Origin: Pseudomonadota bacterium
Lineage (GTDB): Bacteria > Bdellovibrionota > Bdellovibrionia > Bdellovibrionales > SG-bin7
NCBI GenBank assembly: GCA_034439715.1
Contig: JAWXAY010000089.1
Location: forward strand, 1-16,316
Direction: 5' to 3'
Length of the DNA: 16,316 bases
Each line of letters starts with the position of its first letter. Within the stretch, counting starts at the first letter, position 1. Both the position numbers and the translations under genes were made by a program. Shown here one piece after another: positions 7,444 through 14,879 of the stretch. Below the pieces are notes generated by a model that worked only from the letters and a program-made list of their open reading frames with translations, was not told the origin of the DNA and did no database searches.

Positions 7444-8304
7444 ATGAAACCAGTGGTGTACGACTTCCAAGATTACCGCGTTTTTTTAAAAGATTTATTC
7501 GCTTTTGAAAAATCCCAAGATGAAAAATTCTCTCATAGAGTGTTCGCCCAAAGAGCTGGATTTAGCACGCCAAATTTCTTATTACTCATTATTAATGGCA
7601 AAAGAAATCTCACCGCACCCAGCATAAAGTTAATTGCCAAAGGCTTTGGATTAAACGAAGAAGACACATTGTTTTTTAAGACGCTGGTTTTTTTAAATCA
7701 GGCAAGTGAACCATCTGAAAAAAATCGCTTTGCCAAAGAACTTTCAAAATCCAAAGTATTTAAAACGCTTCGTCCATTAAAAGCAGCTGAGTTAGATTTT
7801 TATCAAAATTGGTATAATATTCCTATTCGCGAACTCATTGGCCACCCAAACTTTCGAAACGATCCAACCTGGATAGCTAAAGTACTTCGAAATAAAATTA
7901 CTCCCAGACAAGCTGCCTCTGCGATTGCCTCAATTCTCGAACTTGGCTTTGCTGTAAAAGACAAAAATGGAAAACTAACTCTTCGAGACCAAAATATTAC
8001 GACAGGGAACGAAATTACTGGGTCGGCCTTAGTCTCCTTTCACAAAAAGATGTTAGACTTGGCTAAAGAAGCCATCGATGACATACCAAAGCCTAAGCGG
8101 GAAATTTCCAGCTCCACTTTGTTTCTGTCCGAGGATGAATCTAATCGGCTCAAACAGCTAGTACAGGAATTTCGCCAATCTTTGCTTCGCGAAGTGCATC
8201 CGATACCTGGAAATAGCGCATACTCTATTTACCAGTTTAACTTTCAAGTATTTCCTATTTCAGAAAAAATTGAGGAGGTCCCGTGCAAATCAAACGCGAA
8301 ATAA
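7444..8304 (+). CDS. TIGR02147 family protein (N-terminal HTH plus DUF4423), putative regulator
   Basis: Motifs VYDF.DYR.FL.D, FS.R.FA.RAGF.TPNFL...I.GKRNL, FY..WY...IREL, FHK.ML.LA.EAID.IP...REISS.TL, YQFNFQ.FP. Start placed at ATG 7444 from the family N-terminus. Confidence 0.92.
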   Translation: MKPVVYDFQDYRVFLKDLFAFEKSQDEKFSHRVFAQRAGFSTPNFLLLIINGKRNLTAPSIKLIAKGFGLNEEDTLFFKTLVFLNQASEPSEKNRFAKELSKSKVFKTLRPLKAAELDFYQNWYNIPIRELIGHPNFRNDPTWIAKVLRNKITPRQAASAIASILELGFAVKDKNGKLTLRDQNITTGNEITGSALVSFHKKMLDLAKEAIDDIPKPKREISSSTLFLSEDESNRLKQLVQEFRQSLLREVHPIPGNSAYSIYQFNFQVFPISEKIEEVPCKSNAK

Positions 8305-8762
8305 AATGTAAGTTGCAGAGAGTTGTCGTATTGATTCTTTGCACCTTTCAATTTATTGGCTGTATTTCATACAATGGTACAGACACCGGTAATGCCAATG
8401 AACGGCTTTACGCCTCACAGGACTTGACCTTAGCACTTTGCTACAGACTTATTGAGTGTGGAGCAGCCATGACAGATTCTAGCTGTAGGTCATTTTCATT
8501 TGGCGTTCAAAACGCACCTGCAAAATATGGGCTGGGTGCCACTTATAACAATCTTACTTTGACAGAAGTTTATAACGACGAAGTGGCAAACCAATTGACT
8601 TTTGATATAGGTAAAATGCTTTCGTGTACCTCGGAGTTGGCAGCAATTAGCTGTAGTGCTCCACAGATGACCACGTTTATCGCGGACGCACCCAACTTTT
8701 TGTCAGCAAAATACCTCAGCATCTTGGATCTCCCTACAACCTGTATAGATGTTTTTGAGTGA
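8283..8762 (+). CDS. Cys-rich hypothetical lipoprotein, overlapping the TIGR02147 gene
   Basis: GAGGAGG RBS before GTG 8283. Lipobox-like FIGC followed by GTDTGN. Six further Cys in the mature part. Confidence 0.8.
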   Translation: MQIKREIKCKLQRVVVLILCTFQFIGCISYNGTDTGNANERLYASQDLTLALCYRLIECGAAMTDSSCRSFSFGVQNAPAKYGLGATYNNLTLTEVYNDEVANQLTFDIGKMLSCTSELAAISCSAPQMTTFIADAPNFLSAKYLSILDLPTTCIDVFE

Positions 8763-8884
8763 AGTACGCTTCATGCCACGTGAGATCTGGGGAAATTTGG
8801 CAATGAAACCATGTACGATGCGAGGATCGGTTGGCCAGGCCCATGGACTAATTGCAGTCATGAAATACAAATGAAGTGAAAAAA

Positions 8885-8900
8885 CGGCCCCTCCCTTGCA
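8885..8900 (+). promoter_or_regulatory. Candidate sigma-54 promoter
   Basis: CGGCCCCTCCCTTGCA is GG-N10-GC with TTGCA, about 42 nt upstream of ATG 8943, which has a GAGGA RBS. Confidence 0.45.
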
Positions 8901-8942
8901 ATACCAGAAGTGCGTTTAACTATTTCTATTGTCGAGGAACAC

Positions 8943-9035
8943 ATGACCCGATTTATTGCCTTTTTTTGTATAGTGATCACAACTTTGACAGCCTTCACAG
9001 AGGAGCTCAAAAAAAAACCGGAAGGAGCTCAATAA
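8943..9035 (+). CDS. Signal-peptide-like mini-ORF (30 aa) or gene remnant; not in the ORF track
   Basis: GAGGA RBS. Translation MTRFIAFFCIVITTLTAFTEELKKKPEGAQ*. Its TAA directly abuts, in frame, the GTG of the next gene. Confidence 0.4.
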   Translation: MTRFIAFFCIVITTLTAFTEELKKKPEGAQ

Positions 9036-10358
9036 GTGTATAATCGGTTTTCAAGTGTATTATTTTTTTTGGCGCTCATAGCAGCCAATGAATGTATTGC
9101 AAATAGTATATGTCCTCTTCTTTTCAGCTCGCCGCGAACTGAGACCTTAACTCCCATCCAACTTTTTGAAAGTCGTGAGCTAATTGGCGAATTGTGGCGT
9201 AAGGCCAACGAAACTGTAATGACAGAAAAACACACCGACATAATCTCAACTCTCGATACTGTGGATCAAGGGCGCCCAGTAAAGATTGATGTGTTTCGAG
9301 TTAAGAAAACACCCATCGATGTCTCAAATGGGGGCCCTCACGGTAGTGAAGAAGGTTTTCAAGGTGATCCTCGGTGGGCCGTTCAAGCTCTTGGTTCGAA
9401 GCTAGCCAAAGTCATTGGCGTTGAGTGGCTTCAAGGGGATCGAGCATATGATTTAGTTTTGGCTGTTGATGTTAAAGAGATGAACCGTAGAATTGATCTT
9501 CTAAATGAACAATTGCCTTCACGAGATAAAATTTTCTTACATTTGGCTGAAGGTTTTGCTCCGAGTGAAGCTTTTTTAAGGCGGCTGTCTGATTTTAAAT
9601 TTTCCTTTACCAGTTCAGGCGGGAATAAACGCGAACGCACTCATGACCTATCACATCACCTAGCATCGCTGGTATTAGCCGACAAAGCGCTGGTGAATTG
9701 GGTAGCTTGGTTTAATAGAACTTACTTTAGGTGGGTGGATTTCGCTATTTTAAATTTAGCTGCCAAGAAATATGGAAAAACGACTCAAGATTTAAGCGCG
9801 GCCGAAATTAAGTCAGTAAATGAAGATGCTCGAAGGGAAACAAGTTACGGGGGCTGGGAAGGAAATTACTTAAACGGCCTTGTAAATGAATCTAAACTTG
9901 ATCGTACCGGCCGGTTTTTTGATAATTTTTTGGGAGCCATCGGCTCTGTCGTTCTAGAAACAATAGACAATTTAAGCATTTTACCTCGCGGAATATTGTT
10001 TCGGCCTGACCGCGATACTGGTCAGGTTGACACCACAACCACATTCCGAAATCTATTTTTTGTAGACTTTCTTGGGAACTTAGCCGTGGATCACAGTGGC
10101 ATGAATCCAATGCAGTCAATAGAACGTAGTTTTCGCTTTGGTTCGGCACTGCCTACATATGAAAGAGACTCACAGTTTCTGCGGCAGCTTTTTGTGCAAT
10201 TTCAACTTACAGCTTTAAACGATATACCTACCCCGATGATCGATCTATCTGCGCCTACACCGGAAGTTGCAGCGCAGATGGCAAATCGTCTTAAAGAGCG
10301 TAGGAAAATATTAAACGAAGCTGCTGCAAAGGTATTGGTTGCTGGCAGAAAAACCTAA
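9036..10358 (+). CDS. Hypothetical exported protein (440 aa)
   Basis: AAGGAG RBS, a signal peptide and a long ORF. Contains an HDLSHH motif. No family recognised. Confidence 0.8.
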   Translation: MYNRFSSVLFFLALIAANECIANSICPLLFSSPRTETLTPIQLFESRELIGELWRKANETVMTEKHTDIISTLDTVDQGRPVKIDVFRVKKTPIDVSNGGPHGSEEGFQGDPRWAVQALGSKLAKVIGVEWLQGDRAYDLVLAVDVKEMNRRIDLLNEQLPSRDKIFLHLAEGFAPSEAFLRRLSDFKFSFTSSGGNKRERTHDLSHHLASLVLADKALVNWVAWFNRTYFRWVDFAILNLAAKKYGKTTQDLSAAEIKSVNEDARRETSYGGWEGNYLNGLVNESKLDRTGRFFDNFLGAIGSVVLETIDNLSILPRGILFRPDRDTGQVDTTTTFRNLFFVDFLGNLAVDHSGMNPMQSIERSFRFGSALPTYERDSQFLRQLFVQFQLTALNDIPTPMIDLSAPTPEVAAQMANRLKERRKILNEAAAKVLVAGRKT

Positions 10359-10364
10359 TGGAAC

Positions 10365-10781
10365 CTATGGCTGTGGCGCTGTTTGAACTTCTAAACTGAC
10401 CCAGCCTCGCACTGATTCAGTTTCTGAGATAAAATGTTGGCCACTTCCTAATTTTATCGTATTTAGGTCATCTAAAGAATCAATATTAGTGGCATACGAA
10501 CCTAGGCTGGTGCCGTCATCCGAATAGATATTAACGCGAACGATATGGTGAGGAGCTCGCCGTTTGACCATCACAGTCACCAAAAATTCACCAAATTCTT
10601 TTTGCCAGGGAATATTTCCTTCAAGATCGAGCGTTTCATTGTGAATTTTGAAGTCTGTGCCTCCGCAAGTTTTGATGCCATCTTTGTGCGCACAGTGTTG
10701 AGTGCCAATGCCGATTTTAAAATCTTTGGACTCAGCCATGGCCATCGAACACATAAACATGAGAATCTTTAGAAATAGCAT
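10365..10781 (-). CDS. Hypothetical exported beta-rich protein
   Basis: G-rich RBS before ATG 10781. Signal peptide MLFLKILMFMCSMAMA. C-x8-C pair in the mature region. Confidence 0.7.
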   Translation of the reverse strand: MLFLKILMFMCSMAMAESKDFKIGIGTQHCAHKDGIKTCGGTDFKIHNETLDLEGNIPWQKEFGEFLVTVMVKRRAPHHIVRVNIYSDDGTSLGSYATNIDSLDDLNTIKLGSGQHFISETESVRGWVSLEVQTAPQP

Positions 10782-10870
10782 TTCAGGCCCCCTTATCCCG
10801 GATTGTATCACACCCCTTGTATAAGCTCAATTTCATTGATATTGTAAATATTAGATATTGGAGACATAAA

Positions 10871-11227
10871 ATGATGCGATTTATTTCAATCTTTTCGAGC
10901 CTTTTGCTTTTTCTGTTTTTTTCTGCCCAGGCATCGGAAACGGTCAAGGGTGTCCAAATAGATTTTGAAAATTTTAAAACAGAAATGTCGGCAAAACTGG
11001 ACGCGACAGAAAAAGAATTAGTTGAACTTCGCATTAAAGCAAAACAAAAAGGAAGCGCAGCAAAGGCTGAAGTAGTCGCTGATCTAGAGAACACGCGAGA
11101 TCAACTACGATCTCAGCTAAGCAAAATGGACGATAGCGCCAAAGAGAATTGGAAAAAATTTAAAGAGAGCTTTGCAAAATCAATCGAAAATCTCAATTCT
11201 AAAATTCAAAATTCCCTCAAAGAGTGA
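10871..11227 (+). CDS. Exported coiled-coil protein
   Basis: GGAG RBS before ATG 10871. Signal peptide ending in AQA. K/E-rich amphipathic helices including AKENWKKFKESF. Confidence 0.8.
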   Translation: MMRFISIFSSLLLFLFFSAQASETVKGVQIDFENFKTEMSAKLDATEKELVELRIKAKQKGSAAKAEVVADLENTRDQLRSQLSKMDDSAKENWKKFKESFAKSIENLNSKIQNSLKE

Positions 11228-11309
11228 CGGGGCACAGCAGCAACAAATAAAGAATTGAACGTCAGAAATTTTGTGGCACCATTAGAGGACAATTCAAGGA
11301 GGATTGAAT

Positions 11310-11633
11310 ATGAACAAATCTAATATTTTTGCTGCTGCAGTTACCGGCATGATGCTCGCGTCTTCTGCAATGGCTGAACATCACGAAAAAAAGGCTGAAG
11401 CTGGCAAGGGAACAAAGCCCGAGGCGAAAAAAGCTGATGCAAAGTCCGAAAAAAAATCCGGTGAGGCAATGAAAACAGTCCACTGCCTAGGCATCAATGA
11501 TTGCAAAGGTAAGTCCGAATGTAATGTTAAGGGTGCTCATACTTGTTCGGGCGCCAATGATTGCAAAGGCAAGGGCTGGATTTCTGTTTCCATGAAAGAA
11601 TGCACCGACAAGAAAGGTAAGATTGTCGAATAG
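11310..11633 (+). CDS. bufA2: BufA2-type bufferin precursor (periplasmic Cys-rich RiPP, putative copper metallophore)
   Basis: GGAGGA RBS and a Sec signal ending in AMA. Six-Cys core HCLGINDCKGKSEC...HTCSGANDCKGKGW...EC...KG. Overlaps the DUF692 gene. Confidence 0.85.
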   Translation: MNKSNIFAAAVTGMMLASSAMAEHHEKKAEAGKGTKPEAKKADAKSEKKSGEAMKTVHCLGINDCKGKSECNVKGAHTCSGANDCKGKGWISVSMKECTDKKGKIVE

Positions 11634-12450
11634 TAGACCTCTATTTGGGGTGGGGTTACGTCCCACCCATTATCCCTTTATTGAATCCAAAAAACCTCAT
11701 GGCCTAGATTGGTTTGAGGTGGTGACCGAAAATTTTATCGATAGCGAAGGTCGACCGCTAAAAATCTTAGAAAAAGTCGCGCAAGATTACCCCATCGCTC
11801 TTCATGGGGTTTCACTTTCTATTGGTTCTGCTGACCCCCTCAATGATACCTATCTCGCCAAGCTAAAAAAACTGGTCGACCGGATTCAGCCTAAAATAGT
11901 CTCTGACCATTTATGTTGGACTGGCGGCGGCGGCCAAAACCTACATGACTTATTGCCGTTACCTTTTACTGCTGAAAATATTAGGCGTATTGCTAATAAA
12001 CTTGAGCGGGTTCAATCCCACTTAAAAAGAACGATTTTATTAGAGAATGTATCGAGCTATATCACTTATAAACAATCCGAGATGTCCGAATGGCAATTCA
12101 TATCTGAGGTCGCAAAAAAATCTGGCTGTAAAATTCTCTTGGACCTCAATAATGTTTTTGTAAGTAGTGTCAATCATAGGTTTGACCCAACTGAATACTT
12201 AAATCAGATTCCTAAAAACCTGGTAGGGCAAATTCATTTGGCAGGTTTTACCGATATGGGAGACTATCTTTTTGATACTCATTCTAAACCCGTCGTTCCG
12301 GAAGTTTGGGCGCTATATAAATTATTAGTTGCGGAAGTTTCGGATGTACCTGTTATCGTAGAGTGGGATGAAGATATCCCTGAGTTTCCTCGTCTTGCCG
12401 AAGAAGCACTGACGGCAAAAAAAATCTGGTGTGAACAATATGGCGAATGA
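11623..12450 (+). CDS. bufB: Multinuclear non-heme iron oxidative enzyme (MNIO, DUF692/UPF0276), bufferin maturase
   Basis: Motifs GVGLR, WFEV..ENF, HGVSLSIG, VSDHLCW, HDLLPLP, LLENVS, LLDLNN, IHLAG, DTH, VEWD. TTG start overlaps the precursor gene. Confidence 0.95.
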   Translation: MSNSRPLFGVGLRPTHYPFIESKKPHGLDWFEVVTENFIDSEGRPLKILEKVAQDYPIALHGVSLSIGSADPLNDTYLAKLKKLVDRIQPKIVSDHLCWTGGGGQNLHDLLPLPFTAENIRRIANKLERVQSHLKRTILLENVSSYITYKQSEMSEWQFISEVAKKSGCKILLDLNNVFVSSVNHRFDPTEYLNQIPKNLVGQIHLAGFTDMGDYLFDTHSKPVVPEVWALYKLLVAEVSDVPVIVEWDEDIPEFPRLAEEALTAKKIWCEQYGE

Positions 12451-13195
12451 TCAATTCCAAGAAATAGTTAAAAAAGTTTCAAGTATGGACAGTTCATTTA
12501 TTGAGGGCTTGATTCCTTGCGGAAAGTTGAGCGTTGAACGGGCTCTAAGTATATATTCGAACGCCTACCGAGTGAGAATGAGTGAGGCCCTTGGTGAAAC
12601 TTTTAAAGTTGTTTGGTGGTGCCTGGGCGACGAAGTCTTTTTTAGCATTTGTCGAGAATTTATTTTAAAGTCCCCCTCGACTTTTTATAATTTAGCGCAA
12701 TATGGCGAAAAATTTCCAGAGTTTTTAGAAAGTCAGCCAGTGTCAGTAGAGATGCCATTTTTGAAACACTTAGCTCTTTTTGAATGGCAGTTTAAAGAGA
12801 TTTTTCATTGTGCTGAAGAAAAGAGTTTGGATCAATCACAGTGGCAAACATTAGCGAGTATCGAAAATCCCAAGTTTATATTTACGGCCCAATTAAAATT
12901 TCTCACTTATCCCTATGGCATCAGAAATATTTGGCGCAGTTTTAAAAATGCATTTGATGAAAAGTCATTTAAAAAACCAGATTGGAAAATTTCCCAAAAT
13001 TTCTTGATTTATAAAAAAGATCATGAAGTTTTTTTGAAGGACCTTGAGATCGGTGAATTTGAGTTTTTGACGCGGCTGTCTCAAGGGAATGCCTTCGAAA
13101 ATGCCGCAAGCGGCCTTGAACTCAAAGAAAAAAACATCAAAGAACTGTTTGAATTCCTATTCACGCATAGTCTTGTGGCAAATATAAGCGGCTAG
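12440..13195 (+). CDS. bufC: DUF2063/HvfC-BufC family MNIO partner protein
   Basis: Motifs L.IY.NAY..R..EAL..TF......LG.E.F, YG..FP.FL and LA.FEW. Overlaps the MNIO stop codon, which is the usual position. Confidence 0.88.
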   Translation: MANDQFQEIVKKVSSMDSSFIEGLIPCGKLSVERALSIYSNAYRVRMSEALGETFKVVWWCLGDEVFFSICREFILKSPSTFYNLAQYGEKFPEFLESQPVSVEMPFLKHLALFEWQFKEIFHCAEEKSLDQSQWQTLASIENPKFIFTAQLKFLTYPYGIRNIWRSFKNAFDEKSFKKPDWKISQNFLIYKKDHEVFLKDLEIGEFEFLTRLSQGNAFENAASGLELKEKNIKELFEFLFTHSLVANISG

Positions 13196-13281
13196 TGCTT
13201 GGCATTATAGCTCTACAAAAATTTTCTCGACGAAAGCAAGTTTAAATCCTAAATTAGGTGGGTAATTTAAAAGGGAGCCCT

Positions 13282-14859
13282 ATGAAAAATATCCTAAGCT
13301 ATTTTTTCTCAGTTACATTTATTGGCGCACTTTTTATCGCCAGCGTTGCCAATGCAGCGCCGAAATCCTATTGGACCGAAGAGGCGCCAACTATAACAAA
13401 AGTTCCGGGCCTTGACGCCGATCAAATCGACCAACTTTTTACAAATCTTGCTGAAGTCATGTCACCATCGGTTGTTAATATTTATGCCACATCGAAAATA
13501 ACTGCAGGTGGCAGAGGACAGCAGTGGGGTGGTCGAGGCCAAGGTCAAGGTCAGGGGAATGGCTTTGGCGGTGGGGGCGAAATGGACCCCGACGAATTTT
13601 TTCGCTTCTTTTTTGGAAATCCCTTTGGCGGTGGGGGTCCATTTAACATTCCTGCGGAGAGAGAAAGTAAAGCGCTTGGTTCTGGTTTTATTATAAATAA
13701 TGACGGCTACATTATTACTAATGCTCACGTCGTGCGCCCCGTTGGCAAAAATGCTGATAGTGTACGGGTAAAGTTTATCGGAGAAAAACGTGGTGACGGC
13801 ATGGAGGCCACGATTGTTGGCGTAGATTCATCGACTGAAGTGGCCCTGCTAAAAGTAAAAAATCTTCCTAAAAATTTAAAGGTAGCGTCGCTTGGCGATA
13901 GTGACCGTCTAAAAGTGGGGAACTGGGTCATTGCAATCGGCAACCCCTATGGGCACGCGCATACAGTTACACAGGGTATGATTAGTGCTCTGGGGCGAAA
14001 TATTCCTGAAATCAACGCTGAGTTTATTCAAACTTCTGCCAGCATTAATCCCGGTAATTCCGGTGGTCCGCTCATCAATTTAAAAGGTCAGGTTATTGGG
14101 ATTAACACAGCAATTGACCCTCGTGCGCAGGGCATAGGATTTGCAATTCCCATCAACACGGCAAAAAATGTTGTGCGGCAGTTAATTGAAAAAGGGGAGG
14201 TGAGTCGCGGCTGGTTAGGAATTGGCATCTCTAATTTGAGCCCCGAACTTGCCGAGCAGCTTGGTGTGAAAGAAGACGACGGCGCACTTGTTCAACATAT
14301 TGAAGATGGACAGCCTGCAGATAAAGCGGGTTTAAAAGTTTACGATGTAGTGACCGAAGTAAATGGTAAGCTTGTGCTAAATGCTAATGAGCTTATGAGT
14401 AACATCGGTAGTGTTCCTATTGGTCAGACGGTAAAACTTAAAGTAATTCGTGAAGGAAAGGCCAAAGAAATCGTGGCAACCGTGGCTAAACGACCTGACG
14501 ACGAAAACGTAGCAAAGGTTGAAATCGCCAAAGGCAAAGGCGGAAACGCGAGAGGTGGCATAGACGTTACAGGTAAAACGGGGCTTGTGCTGGTGGAGCT
14601 AAGTGAGGAAATGCGTAGAAAGCTAGGTATTCCTTCTCAAGTTAAGGGTGTCTATGTCGAAAAAGTATTACCCTATAGCGTTGGGGCCTCGGCGCAGATT
14701 CGCGAGGGTGATGTTATCTCAGAAATAAATCGGAAAGTGGTAACTACAGTGAAGTCTGCAGAAAAAGAGCTCGAGATCTCGCTTAAAAAAGAGAAAAAGC
14801 TTTTAATTAAAATCGTTACCAATATGGGGTCTCGTATTGTGTTGCTGGATCTAAAATAA
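13282..14859 (+). CDS. degP: HtrA/DegP/DegQ (Do) family periplasmic serine endoprotease with two PDZ domains
   Basis: Signal peptide, PSVVNI, LGSGFII, ITNAHVV, IAIGNPYG, INPGNSGGPL, IGINTAI, GIGFAIP, RGWLGI, and two PDZ segments (A..AGLK..DVV; A.IREGDVI). GGGAG RBS before ATG 13282. Confidence 0.95.
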   Translation: MKNILSYFFSVTFIGALFIASVANAAPKSYWTEEAPTITKVPGLDADQIDQLFTNLAEVMSPSVVNIYATSKITAGGRGQQWGGRGQGQGQGNGFGGGGEMDPDEFFRFFFGNPFGGGGPFNIPAERESKALGSGFIINNDGYIITNAHVVRPVGKNADSVRVKFIGEKRGDGMEATIVGVDSSTEVALLKVKNLPKNLKVASLGDSDRLKVGNWVIAIGNPYGHAHTVTQGMISALGRNIPEINAEFIQTSASINPGNSGGPLINLKGQVIGINTAIDPRAQGIGFAIPINTAKNVVRQLIEKGEVSRGWLGIGISNLSPELAEQLGVKEDDGALVQHIEDGQPADKAGLKVYDVVTEVNGKLVLNANELMSNIGSVPIGQTVKLKVIREGKAKEIVATVAKRPDDENVAKVEIAKGKGGNARGGIDVTGKTGLVLVELSEEMRRKLGIPSQVKGVYVEKVLPYSVGASAQIREGDVISEINRKVVTTVKSAEKELEISLKKEKKLLIKIVTNMGSRIVLLDLK

Positions 14860-14879
14860 AAGATACGCCCAAGTGTAGC

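Noticed and set aside
8760..8773. TGAAG-TACG-CTTCA mini-hairpin over a stop codon
   Set aside because: It has a 5-bp stem and no U-tract, so it is insufficient for a terminator call.
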